This document shows positions 1 to 9,724 of a DNA stretch of 28,397 bases, in pieces (the first letter of the stretch is position 1; each line of letters begins with the position of its first letter). The stretch is from positions 1 to 28,397 of the forward strand of contig CAZSKP010000046.1 of the NCBI GenBank assembly GCA_964607485.1, given 5' to 3'. The notes beneath the pieces are model-generated. The model was given only the letters and a program-made list of their open reading frames with translations, ran no database searches and had not been told where the DNA came from. The translations under genes and the position numbers were made by a program. Source of the DNA: an uncultured bacterium. Lineage in GTDB: Bacteria > Abyssobacteria > SURF-5.

Positions 1-257
1 TCATTTATCTGCGCGACGACCGTTTCCTCGGGAGGACCCTTGATTTCGACGAAATCGAAGTCGACGACCTCCTCCGCAATCTGCGTGCGATACCTAAAAT
101 CGCTCATTACTATCGCGCGTTCCATCGAGATGAGCAGGATGGCGAGCGAGCCCGTGAACCCGAAAAGGTATCGATAGTTCGGGTAGCTGTAACAGATGAA
201 CGCGTTGGCGCCCACCTCATCAAGTCGTTTCCGAATCGCCTCGACTCGATTGTTCAC
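1..257 (-). CDS. Xaa-Pro aminopeptidase / M24 family, N-terminal creatinase-like domain (runs off window edge)
   Basis: Not in ORF track. Manual translation from GTG at 257: MNNRVEAIRKRLDEVGANAFICYSYPNYRYLFGFTGSLAILLIS...SDFRY. NxRYLxGFTGS and DFRY are typical of YqhT/PepQ-like N-domains. It directly follows aroQ, a common gene order. Confidence 0.85.
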   Translation of the reverse strand, partial: MNNRVEAIRKRLDEVGANAFICYSYPNYRYLFGFTGSLAILLISMERAIVMSDFRYRTQIAEEVVDFDFVEIKGPPEETVVAQIN

Positions 258-260
258 CCC

Positions 261-689
261 TTACTCTCCTTTTGCGAGCGCTTCCACCGCCAGCAGGTAG
301 CCGGCGGGGCCGAATCCGGCGATGACCCCTTTGCAGACGGGCGCTATCAGCGACTGGCGGCGAAACTCCTCGCGCGCGTAAATGTTGGAAAGGTGCACTT
401 CCACGGCAGGCAGGCCAGAGCCCGCGATGGCGTCGCGCACGGCCACACTCGTGTGGGTATGGGCAGCCGGGTTGATGACGAGGGCGTCGTACTTGCCCGC
501 CGCCGACCCGATCTTGTCCACAATCTCTCCTTCATGATTCGATTGAAACGTCGTCACAACCACGCCGAGCGCCTTCGCGTGCTTGCGGATATCTCCGTCG
601 ATCTGCTTCAAGGATTTGTCGCCGTAGATGTCCGGCTCGCGCTTTCCGAGAAGTTGAAGGTTCGGTCCGTGGATCACAAGTATTCTCAT
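261..689 (-). CDS. aroQ: Type II 3-dehydroquinate dehydratase
   Basis: Motifs ILVIHGPNLQLLGKREPDIYG, FQSNHEG, INPAAHTHTSVAVRDA and VEVHLSNIYAREEFR. Start trimmed to ATG at 689 (142 aa). Confidence 0.97.
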   Translation of the reverse strand: MRILVIHGPNLQLLGKREPDIYGDKSLKQIDGDIRKHAKALGVVVTTFQSNHEGEIVDKIGSAAGKYDALVINPAAHTHTSVAVRDAIAGSGLPAVEVHLSNIYAREEFRRQSLIAPVCKGVIAGFGPAGYLLAVEALAKGE

Positions 690-702
690 GCCTTTTCCCC
701 CT

Positions 703-2838
703 TCAGAATTCCCTGTAGTGCTTCTTGAGTTTTTTCGCCAATGCGGCCTCCTCTTCCGCTTTTTTCTCAAGGCCGAGCGCACGGTAGATTTGCCCTAGTT
801 TATCATGATACTCGGGATTTGTCGGAAAATTTCGCGAAGCTTGCTGTTCGGCCAGGAGCGCTTTCTGAAAAAATTCCGGCTGTCTCGCTTCATTTCCGGC
901 AGCCCAATACGCGGTGGCAAGCGACTGGAACACATAAGGCGACCACGGGTTCAGCTCCGTGGCACGATGAAGCTGCTGAATCGCCTCATTCATCAAATAA
1001 GGAGCTTTATCCATCACTGCGAGCCTCAGGTAAGAGTCCCCGAGCATGTGGTGAGAATCGGCATCCAAAGGGAAATAGCGGATCGATTTCTTCAGGAGTG
1101 TAACCCCGTCCGTCAGTGCTCTCCGCTGCTGCTCGGGATCCACTTCGAACCCTCTCCGTCTGGCAAATTGGTTCGGGAAGGCGGTGTTTCTCATTGCCTC
1201 GGCGCGAATGTAAAGATTCATGCCTGCGTACGATTTGAACAAGAACCACATGAACCCGCAGACTATCACGATGAGAATTGCAGCCGCAAAGCCGGGAAGC
1301 CTGATGGAAAACTTGTCCTCCTCTTTACGTAAGGTAGGCATGGCGACGAGAAGGCCCAACAGCGCGAACACGAAGTATGCAAGAGTAGGCGAATACAGGG
1401 CGAAATTGACTAAACTGTCCGTCAAAAATCCGATCACCCCCGCGCCCAGGCCGCACACAATGCCCCGTAGCTCCCCGGACGACTCCGGCTGCACCTTTCG
1501 CCAGAACGTGTAGAGAAACACCAGCCACAGGCCGATGAAAGCGTTCAGGCCGACGATTCCCGTTTCGGCCCACACCTGCAGGTAGTTGTTGTGCGCCAGC
1601 TTCACCGGATACCCGCCGAGAACCATGTAGCGCGGGTACGCCTCCTCGAAAGCGCCCCAGCCCACACCCAGCCACGGATTGTCTCTTATCATGGCCAGCG
1701 CCGCCCTCCAGTATGACAGCCGCTGGACCACGGTGAGCGAATCTTTCAGCCTCTCAAGAACCGAGACCTCGCGCACCGGCAGCGTTTCGGCGGAGAAGCC
1801 GTGGACGGAAGAAAACAACGTTACGAAGAATATCGCCGCGACAACCAGCCCCGCGACCTTCCCACGAGGAAGTTTTCTCTTCCAGAAACCAACCACGACG
1901 AAGACCAGCGCGATCGCGGCGGCGTTTAGCCATCCGCCCCGCGAGTAGGTCAGCCAGAGGTCCCACGGAATCAGCAGACACGATACCAGGAACAGGAGCA
2001 TCAGCAACAACCCACCGATCCCGACAAAGAGGCGCTTTGCCAGAGTCGGCCGTGTTGCTTCCTTCGCATGCTGGCCATCCGCAGGTTTGCGGCCGAGCAG
2101 ATTTTCCCAACACGTCCTGGTGAACCGCGTCATGCCGCCGCGCATGCTCCAGATCCATCCAAGCGTGAGAGAGCCGGCCATTCCAAGAAAAAGCGCATAT
2201 GCGTTCGGAAAAATGAATGTCGAAAAGACCCTCGTGGATTCAAGCCTGTGCAGGATGCCGAATCCGAGCGGAACTCCCATGAGCAACTGCTCGTCGCCCG
2301 ACCGGAGCGCCTCCTCGATGTAGCGGCGAGTCATCTCCAGCGTGTAGTAGCGCTGAAACAGCCCGTAACAGTTGACCAGAAACGCAGCGACAAGAATGGT
2401 CGCGACGGCCGTCTTGACCGAGGATGCCTCTCGAAAGTTATTTGCTATCACCAAGAACAGGAGCGTGTAGCTCAGAATTTCGTAGATATACCGGAGGGTA
2501 GCGCCCTTGTCCACCGTTGTGAAGAACGTGAGCGAGCAGACGACCAGAAAGGCGATCATGAAGCCGGTCAACAGACGATTGTGCAACTCGAGCGTCCTCT
2601 TTCTCCAACACTTCACCAGCCAGAGTATCGCCAACACACCGACGGCGATATGGAAAAAATGGTTGTACTGAGGATAGGTGCGCCCGGAAAGGAAGGCCCG
2701 AAAGAACAATATCACGAGAACGCCGGCGAAGAGCAGATTGTCAGCCCAGTCGTATATCGTGTCGCGGCTGGCGGACGGCTGTGCACACTCGACGGCGTTC
2801 TCCGACGCGGCGCGCTTTTTTCTTGTCTTACGGCTCAT
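703..2838 (-). CDS. O-antigen ligase / O-oligosaccharyltransferase-like membrane protein (Wzy_C) with C-terminal TPR-like repeats
   Basis: Multiple TM segments; motifs STFIFPNAYA, LTYSRGGW, RLSYWRAALAMIRDNPWLGVGWGAF and AHNNYLQVWAETGIVG. C-terminal helical repeats (ADSHHMLGDSYL, PEYHDKLGQIY). ATG at 2838 overlaps the upstream TGA (ATGA). Confidence 0.88.
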   Translation of the reverse strand: MSRKTRKKRAASENAVECAQPSASRDTIYDWADNLLFAGVLVILFFRAFLSGRTYPQYNHFFHIAVGVLAILWLVKCWRKRTLELHNRLLTGFMIAFLVVCSLTFFTTVDKGATLRYIYEILSYTLLFLVIANNFREASSVKTAVATILVAAFLVNCYGLFQRYYTLEMTRRYIEEALRSGDEQLLMGVPLGFGILHRLESTRVFSTFIFPNAYALFLGMAGSLTLGWIWSMRGGMTRFTRTCWENLLGRKPADGQHAKEATRPTLAKRLFVGIGGLLLMLLFLVSCLLIPWDLWLTYSRGGWLNAAAIALVFVVVGFWKRKLPRGKVAGLVVAAIFFVTLFSSVHGFSAETLPVREVSVLERLKDSLTVVQRLSYWRAALAMIRDNPWLGVGWGAFEEAYPRYMVLGGYPVKLAHNNYLQVWAETGIVGLNAFIGLWLVFLYTFWRKVQPESSGELRGIVCGLGAGVIGFLTDSLVNFALYSPTLAYFVFALLGLLVAMPTLRKEEDKFSIRLPGFAAAILIVIVCGFMWFLFKSYAGMNLYIRAEAMRNTAFPNQFARRRGFEVDPEQQRRALTDGVTLLKKSIRYFPLDADSHHMLGDSYLRLAVMDKAPYLMNEAIQQLHRATELNPWSPYVFQSLATAYWAAGNEARQPEFFQKALLAEQQASRNFPTNPEYHDKLGQIYRALGLEKKAEEEAALAKKLKKHYREF

Positions 2839-3959
2839 TGCCGCTTGTCTGACTGCTCCCTTATTCGCTTCTCGCGGTCGGCTATCATAAGAATGATTAT
2901 GATGGCAAAAATTCCGAGCGTTTGAACGAACAGGGTCACCGCTCCAAGCAGCCTCAGATAGCGCAACAACGTGGCGCCCAGTCCGACGGAGAAAGAAACG
3001 AGATAGATGAAGATGACCGCGTCGCGTTCGCTCATGCCGAGGTGAACGAGCCTGTGGGAGAAATGCCGGTTGTCGCCGATGTGAATGGGCAGCCCGGCAC
3101 GCCAACGCAGGTAAACGACGCCTACGGTGTCAAAAATTGGCACTCCGAGAATGAGAATCGGGGTGAACAGACCCCAGGGGCTCATGTGGTCGGGCATGTA
3201 GAACGCGCTCACGACAGTGAGCGAAGCGAGCACAAATCCGATAAACATCGCCCCGGCGTCACCCATGAATATTTTGGCCGGATTGAAGTTGTACACGAGA
3301 AAACCGAGAAGCGACCCCCCTATCGCCAGCAGTATCGCGGCCGTGAGCGTTTGGTGGAGGGGAAAAACGACGAAGAAAAAGATGAGCGCGGCAATGAGCG
3401 CCACACCGGCGCAGAGGCCGTCCATATTGTCCATGAAATTGAACGCGTTGACTATCAACACCAACCATAAAACCGTCGCAACAGACGTGACTATTTGCGA
3501 CGGAACGAACAATTCCAGCCGCACCCCGAATGACACCGCAATCACTGCTGCGATTATCTGGGCGGCCAGCTTGACGCGCGCCCGAAGGGCATGGATGTCA
3601 TCGATGAGACCAACCACGAAGATAAGGGTGCCGCCGAGCACGATGCCCAGGGCGCGGAAAACCGCAGGCTTCTCGCCCAATGCCGCCGCCGTGTAGTGCA
3701 GGTGTTTGGCCACAACCGCCACTAATGCAAACTTATCCTCAAATACATGGAGCAACCACATGTGGATCGCAATTATCCCGAGGAACGAAAGGTATATCGC
3801 AACCCCTCCCAGATTAGGCACGGGGCGGTGGTGGTCCTTACGTCCTCCGGGCAGGTCGTACATGCGCAGACGATGCGAAATCGCTATCATAAGCCTTGTG
3901 AGCGCCAACGACAACAATGAGGAGACAACAAATATGTAAAAGTAGATCAGGTACCACAT
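2835..3959 (-). CDS. WecA/TagO-like undecaprenyl-phosphate N-acetylhexosamine-1-phosphate transferase (MraY/Glycos_transf_4 family)
   Basis: Motifs DLPGGRKDHHRPVPNLGGVAI, GLIDD, NAFNFMDNMDGL, YNFNPAKIFMGDAGA and DNRHFSHRL; multi-pass membrane protein. ATG at 3959 preferred over TTG at 3986. Confidence 0.92.
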   Translation of the reverse strand: MWYLIYFYIFVVSSLLSLALTRLMIAISHRLRMYDLPGGRKDHHRPVPNLGGVAIYLSFLGIIAIHMWLLHVFEDKFALVAVVAKHLHYTAAALGEKPAVFRALGIVLGGTLIFVVGLIDDIHALRARVKLAAQIIAAVIAVSFGVRLELFVPSQIVTSVATVLWLVLIVNAFNFMDNMDGLCAGVALIAALIFFFVVFPLHQTLTAAILLAIGGSLLGFLVYNFNPAKIFMGDAGAMFIGFVLASLTVVSAFYMPDHMSPWGLFTPILILGVPIFDTVGVVYLRWRAGLPIHIGDNRHFSHRLVHLGMSERDAVIFIYLVSFSVGLGATLLRYLRLLGAVTLFVQTLGIFAIIIILMIADREKRIREQSDKRQ

Positions 3960-4025
3960 AAGTGCATATCCTGGCCGACGAGCCAAGCATTTATGTTAGC
4001 ACACATCAATGGCGCAATCAAACTC

Positions 4026-5138
4026 TCAGGCCGACACTCGTTCGTAGACGGCTTGCACCTTGTCAAACATCCGTTGAAGACCGAATTCGCTCTGCGCCCG
4101 CTTCCGAGCAAACTCGCCCATTCTCTTCCGTCGGTCGGCGTCATTGAGCAGCTCGTTTACCGCTCCGGCAATGGCCGCCGAGTCGGCCGGCGGGACAATC
4201 AGGCCCGTCTTGCCGTCCAGATTGACGAACTCGACTCCGGTGCCCAGCCGCGTGCTCACAACCGGCTTCGAGCAGGCGTGGGCCTCGAGCTGCACGAGTC
4301 CGTACGCCTCGCTCCTGTAGACTGAAGGCAGGACGAGAAGGGAACAGGCATGATAGAAGACCGCCAAATCGTCCTCGGTCACCTCGCCGACAAAGTGAAC
4401 TTTGTCCGAAACGCGATAGTTCGCCGCCAGCGCCTTCAGGTCGTTTTCCATCGGCCCATTCCCGATGACCACAAGCTTCGCGTCTATTTTCGGCATCGCT
4501 TCGATCAGAAACTGGAGGCCCTTGTAGTACCTCAGCTTTCCCACAAATAGGATGAACTCGGGCCTGAAAATATTTCGCAGCTTCTCGATTTCCGGCTGCA
4601 TCTTTAATGCGACCGAATCGAACAGGCTCGTGTCGATGCCGAGTGGCACTACCTCGCACTTCCCCCGCAGAGCGCTCAGAAACGGCGATGTCTCAACATA
4701 AATCGGAGAAGTCGGCATGATGACGCGGGCTTGCTTGAGAAATTTCTTGAGAAACGGGCGATAGAATTTGAGCAGGAACTCCTGTCGAACGATGTCGCTG
4801 TGGTACGTGACAACCACTTTCCCGGGCGGGTCGGCCAAAAGATAGGAGAACTCGCAGGTGGGATTGGGCACGTGGTAATGAAAGATGTCGGCCTTGACCT
4901 TTCTGAGCCACAGCGGAAACGTCGGGGGAAGAGGAGCCGACTGAACGCGTCCCACCTGTCCGACCTTGACCACCCTGACACCTTCGACGTTCTCTATCCG
5001 GGTGAAAGGGCCGTGATTACACACAAGCGCCTCGACCTCATACGTGTGCTTGAAGTGATTGCAGAGCTGCGCAATGTGTTTCTCCACGCCTCCGACCACG
5101 GGCGGGTAGTAATCCTTGTATACGTGGACTATCTTCAT
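4026..5138 (-). CDS. Glycosyltransferase family 4 (WbdC/WfcD-like)
   Basis: KIVHVYKDYYPPVVGGVE, HYHVPNP, TYHSDIVRQ, FVGKLRYYKG and PSVYRSEAYGLVQLEA (ExxGxxxxE). Confidence 0.92.
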   Translation of the reverse strand: MKIVHVYKDYYPPVVGGVEKHIAQLCNHFKHTYEVEALVCNHGPFTRIENVEGVRVVKVGQVGRVQSAPLPPTFPLWLRKVKADIFHYHVPNPTCEFSYLLADPPGKVVVTYHSDIVRQEFLLKFYRPFLKKFLKQARVIMPTSPIYVETSPFLSALRGKCEVVPLGIDTSLFDSVALKMQPEIEKLRNIFRPEFILFVGKLRYYKGLQFLIEAMPKIDAKLVVIGNGPMENDLKALAANYRVSDKVHFVGEVTEDDLAVFYHACSLLVLPSVYRSEAYGLVQLEAHACSKPVVSTRLGTGVEFVNLDGKTGLIVPPADSAAIAGAVNELLNDADRRKRMGEFARKRAQSEFGLQRMFDKVQAVYERVSA

Positions 5139-6277
5139 CGTGCTTCCCGAAAGGTCCGTGTGTACACTTCCACGGTTTTCTTAGCGGTGGTCAACCACGA
5201 GAACCGCGCCGCGCGCCGTGGCCCGCGATCGGACAACTTCCTATGACATTCGTCATCGGAACATATCGTCCTCAATGCGTCGGCTATGGACTCGACCGTG
5301 GTTGGGTCGACAATCAACGCGCAGTCGCCAACGACCTCGGGGAGCGAGGACCGGTCGGACGCAATCACTGGCGTGGCGCAAGACATGGCCTCCAGACAGG
5401 GCAGGCCGAACCCCTCGTACAGAGATGGATAGGCAAAGGCGCGCGCCATGCTGTAAAGCGTGCCCAGGTCCGCCGGCTTGATGTAACCCGGAAATCGGAC
5501 CCTGTCCGACAAGTCAAGCGCGCGAACCTCCCGGAATATTTCCTTGTAAAGCCACCCCTTTCTTCCGGCGATGACGAGATGATGCGGAAGCCCCTTCGAC
5601 ACCACGCCGTAGGAAAACGCCCTGACGAGACGAGGGATATTCTTGCGTGGCTCGAGGGTCCCGACGTAGAGAATGAAATCCTTCGGCAATGAATAGAGTT
5701 TGCGCAACCGGTCGCGCTCGAATTCGTCGGCCACGTGATAGAAGCGAACGGGGTCCACTCCCGGGTGGATGGTGTGAACGCGACTGTCTCTCATCTTCAG
5801 GTTGCTCAGAATATCCGCCCTCGTCGAGTCCGAATCGGCTATGATGGCGTTGCAGCGGCTGACGCTGCGGGGTATCACATACCGGTAGTACGGCCGGCGC
5901 AGGGCGGAGAACGCCTGTGGAAAGAGTGCGAAACAAAGGTCGTGCACGGTGAGAACCGAAGGCACGTCGGCCCTCAGGGATGCGATGAACGACGGAAAGT
6001 GGAACAGGTCTATTCCCAGCTTTCGAGTCATGCGTGGCAGCCCGAGCTGCTTCCACGTCGATTGCGAGACAGGTCCCCGCGCCGGGACCTTGATTATGCG
6101 GAAATTGGGATACTCGAACATTCCGGGATGCTCGAGATGTTCCTGATAATTGCTCGGACAAAACAGCAGATACTCGTTCTCGCCGTCGGCACGGCCGAGG
6201 AATTCTATCAATTTCTGCGTATAATATCCCGTGCCGCTGCGATTGGTTATGGGAGTGGCGTCGATGCCTATGCGCAT
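5135..6277 (-). CDS. Glycosyltransferase family 4 (MtfB/WbdB-like mannosyltransferase-type)
   Basis: MRIGIDA..SGTGYY, LTVHDL, YVGTLEPRKN and YPSLYEGFGLPCLEAM. Start at ATG 6277 with GAGGGG RBS. Confidence 0.92.
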   Translation of the reverse strand: MRIGIDATPITNRSGTGYYTQKLIEFLGRADGENEYLLFCPSNYQEHLEHPGMFEYPNFRIIKVPARGPVSQSTWKQLGLPRMTRKLGIDLFHFPSFIASLRADVPSVLTVHDLCFALFPQAFSALRRPYYRYVIPRSVSRCNAIIADSDSTRADILSNLKMRDSRVHTIHPGVDPVRFYHVADEFERDRLRKLYSLPKDFILYVGTLEPRKNIPRLVRAFSYGVVSKGLPHHLVIAGRKGWLYKEIFREVRALDLSDRVRFPGYIKPADLGTLYSMARAFAYPSLYEGFGLPCLEAMSCATPVIASDRSSLPEVVGDCALIVDPTTVESIADALRTICSDDECHRKLSDRGPRRAARFSWLTTAKKTVEVYTRTFREAR

Positions 6278-6290
6278 GTCGTCCAACCCC

Positions 6291-7640
6291 TCACATCGTC
6301 CTCGCCGACGCGCGGCGCAAGGCATGCCGCACCGTCTGGGCTATCCCCTGTTCACCGATGTATGAGAGAAGCCGCCTCGTGTTGTATGAAAGCATTTGCG
6401 CGTAACGCCTCGATAAGCCATCCGATGAGAGAAGGCCGTCGCGGTCGTGGCGAGAGAGAAGCGGCTCGGCCGTTGAGTGGTCTTCTATGAACTTCATAAT
6501 GGCGCCAGCGGCCGCATCGGGCGCATGGTTCTGCGCGATATAACTTCGGGCGGCTTCGCCCATGGCGCGGCGATGTCCCTCGTCGGTCGCGAGCCGCAGC
6601 AACTCGTCGGCCAGGTCGTCGCTCTCGTTCGGTCCCAGATTTATTTTGACGCACGTCCCGTCCGGAAATTCCGTGAACTGGGCATAATTGGAAACCGCCA
6701 CAGCCTTCCCGCGGCCGAGCATGTCTATGAGAATGCTCGACATCTCGCCATTGCTCGGATATCTCAGGTTGATGCAGACATCCGACAACTCCATGAGCGC
6801 GTCGAGCTCAGCACGCTGGAGATAGCCCAGGTATCTCACATTCTCCAGGGAACCGCCTTCGACCGCACCACCCATCGGAAGTCGGGCAGACATCTCGCCC
6901 GCCAGCAGGAAGAGGCTGTCGGGAAATTTCCGGTTGAAATTCCGGAACGCATCGAGCGCCACGTGTATCCTCTTGGCCGGCGTCAGATGTCCTGCAGACG
7001 TCACAATAAAGCATCCCTCAGGAATGCCGAATTTCTTCCGCAGCATTTCAGCCGATCCGGGCACAGCCGCAGCCGGGAAATGAGGGAAGTTGACCTTCAG
7101 CACCTTCGCCTCAGGGGCCTCGTGAGATACGATCCCACGGCCATACTCGTTCATCACAATCGTTCCGCGCGAGCACATGGCAATCACGCCCGCCATCGGA
7201 AAACGATACGGGTCGCCCTTGGCCGCGAAGAACAGGCCCGTCTCCTCTGCGGCGCGACCGGGATAGCAGAGCTCGAACAGCCTGCGAAACACGCCGAAGT
7301 TGCCCCGCTCAAGAGCGTATTTCATGAAGAACTGACTGAGCACGCAGTCGTGAAGAATCACGATGCCCGGCGCCCGCCAGAGCGCCTCGAATATGCGCCT
7401 GTGGTATCGGTAGTGATTTCCCATATGATAAAGGGCCGCATCGAACGGCGAGGGGTCGAAGACAAACTCGGATATGTCCGCCACCGGAAACCGACCCAGA
7501 ATAGGGGTGGGCGAGGGAGAATAGCCGTCGGTGAAAAGCTTGAGCTCGCACCGCTCGGCCAAAAAGGGAAGCAGGTTTTCGGCGAAGTCGGCGACCCCTG
7601 TCCTCAAAGGGCTTAGCGGGCCGATATACGCAAGCCTCAT
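6291..7640 (-). CDS. Glycosyltransferase family 4-like (GT-B fold)
   Basis: MRLAYIGPLSPLRTGVADF, YHMGNH..H, ILHD, GHLTPAKR and INLRYPSNGEMS. ATGA overlap with the upstream gene. Confidence 0.85.
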   Translation of the reverse strand: MRLAYIGPLSPLRTGVADFAENLLPFLAERCELKLFTDGYSPSPTPILGRFPVADISEFVFDPSPFDAALYHMGNHYRYHRRIFEALWRAPGIVILHDCVLSQFFMKYALERGNFGVFRRLFELCYPGRAAEETGLFFAAKGDPYRFPMAGVIAMCSRGTIVMNEYGRGIVSHEAPEAKVLKVNFPHFPAAAVPGSAEMLRKKFGIPEGCFIVTSAGHLTPAKRIHVALDAFRNFNRKFPDSLFLLAGEMSARLPMGGAVEGGSLENVRYLGYLQRAELDALMELSDVCINLRYPSNGEMSSILIDMLGRGKAVAVSNYAQFTEFPDGTCVKINLGPNESDDLADELLRLATDEGHRRAMGEAARSYIAQNHAPDAAAGAIMKFIEDHSTAEPLLSRHDRDGLLSSDGLSRRYAQMLSYNTRRLLSYIGEQGIAQTVRHALRRASARTM

Positions 7641-8647
7641 GCGCGCTCCTCGGCGGCGGGCCTGCCGCGAAGATTGATTTGTTTGAGAACGGACCGGTTT
7701 TTCCGGAGAATGTCCTCGATGTACCGTGCCGGAACTTTCCCACGTCGCTGCACCTCTCGGCGTTTCCTGAGAGCGTCGCCCATCCTACCGAGCGCCGCAA
7801 CATAGCCCATCAGCGCCGAGGCGTCTCCCCTGAGCAGCGGCGATAGGACGCGTTTGGCCATCTCCCAGCAAATCACGAGCGAATACTTGAGGAGCAGGCT
7901 TCCCGGAAAGTCTTTCATTATCACCACAAGCGAGTTTCGGGCAAAATAATAGTCTTTCGGTTTCGGCAGCTCCGAGCGGCTGGCGCCCTCGACGTGGTAA
8001 ACGCGCGCCGTCGGAACGAAGATGCACTTGTTGCCGGCCAATTGCGCCCGAAAGCTGAGGTCCACGTCCTCGTAATACATGAAGAAATCTTCGTCGAGCG
8101 GGCCCACCTCCTCGAACAAGCTCCGACGGTACATCCCCGCGCCGCCGCATGGTCCGAACAGCCATCCGCGAGCTTCGAACTGCGGACCGTCCTCCAGTCC
8201 GAACCCGATATCATGGTTCGTGCCGGTGACGCTGTAGCCCAGCCCCGCCGAGTTTATCGTCTGTGGCGCGCGCGCGAAAAGCATTTTCGGGGCCGCCATA
8301 GCCGCGGCCGGTTCCTCGGACAGCGCCGCGTAGAGCTCGCCGACAAAGTCGCGGTCGGCGCGCGTGTCGTTGTTGAGTATCATCACAAACTCACCGCCCG
8401 CCGCTCCGATGCCCGCATTCACGGCAGCGGCAAAGCCTCTGTTCGACTCAAGGCAGAGCAAACGAACCTGCGGATAGTCTTGCTTCACCAATTGCGCCGA
8501 GCCATCGGTCGAGGCGTTATCGACCACTATGATCTCAAGGTTCTTGTACGATTGTTCGAGGAGCGAATCCAGGCACTCGGGCAGGTATGCCTTGCCATTG
8601 CAGTTCGGGATGACAACGCTTATCTTCGAACCTCCTCCGTTCACCAT
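7637..8647 (-). CDS. Glycosyltransferase family 2 (WbbL-like)
   Basis: SVVIPNCNG, VVDNASTDGS, NRGFAAAVN, ILNNDT and DEDFFMYYEDVDLSFRA. Start trimmed to ATG 8647. Confidence 0.92.
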   Translation of the reverse strand: MVNGGGSKISVVIPNCNGKAYLPECLDSLLEQSYKNLEIIVVDNASTDGSAQLVKQDYPQVRLLCLESNRGFAAAVNAGIGAAGGEFVMILNNDTRADRDFVGELYAALSEEPAAAMAAPKMLFARAPQTINSAGLGYSVTGTNHDIGFGLEDGPQFEARGWLFGPCGGAGMYRRSLFEEVGPLDEDFFMYYEDVDLSFRAQLAGNKCIFVPTARVYHVEGASRSELPKPKDYYFARNSLVVIMKDFPGSLLLKYSLVICWEMAKRVLSPLLRGDASALMGYVAALGRMGDALRKRREVQRRGKVPARYIEDILRKNRSVLKQINLRGRPAAEERA

Positions 8648-8654
8648 TGCCCTC

Positions 8655-9653
8655 TCAATCACCGTCCTCGGAGTGAGCTTCCGTGTGTGCGGCCTCCTCG
8701 GAGTCAAGCTTCAACAATAGCCAGATGTCGTCAGCGGAAGTTTTTGTATATCTGATAGTTAACTTATGCTTCCTGAGAAACTGGTTTAGGCTCATAAGGG
8801 CGGCAATGTAGCCGCCCGTTACCGCCGTTTGTCCATTTAGAAGAGTCTTGAGCGAATGCTTTAGGCACACCGCTGCAAGGCGACCGAAATACCTGAGCCG
8901 AAGTGGCTGGGGCATATTCTTCACCGCCACCAGAATCTGATTTCGCGAACAGTAATATATGTGAGACCTGTCGCTCGGCGAGGCGGTTCCGCCGCCCACG
9001 TGGTAAACGACGGCGCCGGGCACATAGAGGCACCTGTAGCCGGCAAGCTGGGCCCGGAAGCTGAGGTCGGCGTCCTCGTACCACATGAAGAGGTCCTCGT
9101 CAAACAGACCGACATCCTCGAACAGCTCGCGCCGGTACATGGCCGCTCCCGCGCAGGCGCCGAATATCGGACGAGACCGGCTGAATCTCTCGCCGTCCCT
9201 CTGTTGATAGCCCACATCGAACGCCGTGCCGGCGCGTGTGAATCCGATGCCGATCGAGTTGATGATGTCCGGCCGGTCGGCAAAGAGCATCTTAGAGGAA
9301 CAGAAACCTGTGGAAGGCTGCTCATCGAGGGTTCGCTTCAGTTCCGAGAGCCACTCGGGCGCCGCGCGGGTGTCGTTGTTCAGAAGCGCGACGTAATCCC
9401 CATTGCTCTGGCGAATGCCCTCGTTCACCGCCGCGGCAAAACCCCGATTGGAGTCGAACCGGACCAGCCGCACTTCTGGATACGAGTCAGCGACCAAAGA
9501 TGCCGTCTCGTCGGTGGAGCCGTCATCGACCAGGATGATCTCGTCCGGGCGCCGCAGTTGATTCCTGAGCGAATTCAGGCAGTCTGCAATATACCTGATC
9601 CCATTGTAGGTGGGAATGACGACGCTGATTGTCCTCGACGCATTCTCAGCCAC
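8655..9653 (-). CDS. Glycosyltransferase family 2 (WbbL-like), paralog of the downstream GT2
   Basis: SVVIPTYNG, VDDGSTD, NRGFAAAVN, LLNNDT and FDEDLFMWYEDADLSFRA. GTG start. Confidence 0.92.
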   Translation of the reverse strand: MAENASRTISVVIPTYNGIRYIADCLNSLRNQLRRPDEIILVDDGSTDETASLVADSYPEVRLVRFDSNRGFAAAVNEGIRQSNGDYVALLNNDTRAAPEWLSELKRTLDEQPSTGFCSSKMLFADRPDIINSIGIGFTRAGTAFDVGYQQRDGERFSRSRPIFGACAGAAMYRRELFEDVGLFDEDLFMWYEDADLSFRAQLAGYRCLYVPGAVVYHVGGGTASPSDRSHIYYCSRNQILVAVKNMPQPLRLRYFGRLAAVCLKHSLKTLLNGQTAVTGGYIAALMSLNQFLRKHKLTIRYTKTSADDIWLLLKLDSEEAAHTEAHSEDGD

Positions 9654-9695
9654 GACCGTTATGTCCCGCTCACCCGTTACTCCTTGTAGGACTTA

Positions 9696-9724
9696 ATTTT
9701 AGCACAGTTTCTACTCATTTTCAA
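9696..9724 (-). promoter_or_regulatory. Putative sigma70 promoter of the glycan operon
   Basis: Minus strand reads TTGAAA (9724-9719), N17, TAAAAT (9701-9696), with an extended -10 TG (TGTGCTAAAAT). Confidence 0.65.

Noticed and set aside
2839-3105. N-terminal extension of the 800-aa ORF
   Set aside because: Overlaps the WecA-like gene; the ATGA-coupled start at 2838 is more plausible.
6477-7616. 379-aa plus-strand ORF, and similar ones at 2068-2925, 17855-18826 and 12193-13113
   Set aside because: They lie opposite convincing genes and show no recognisable domains.
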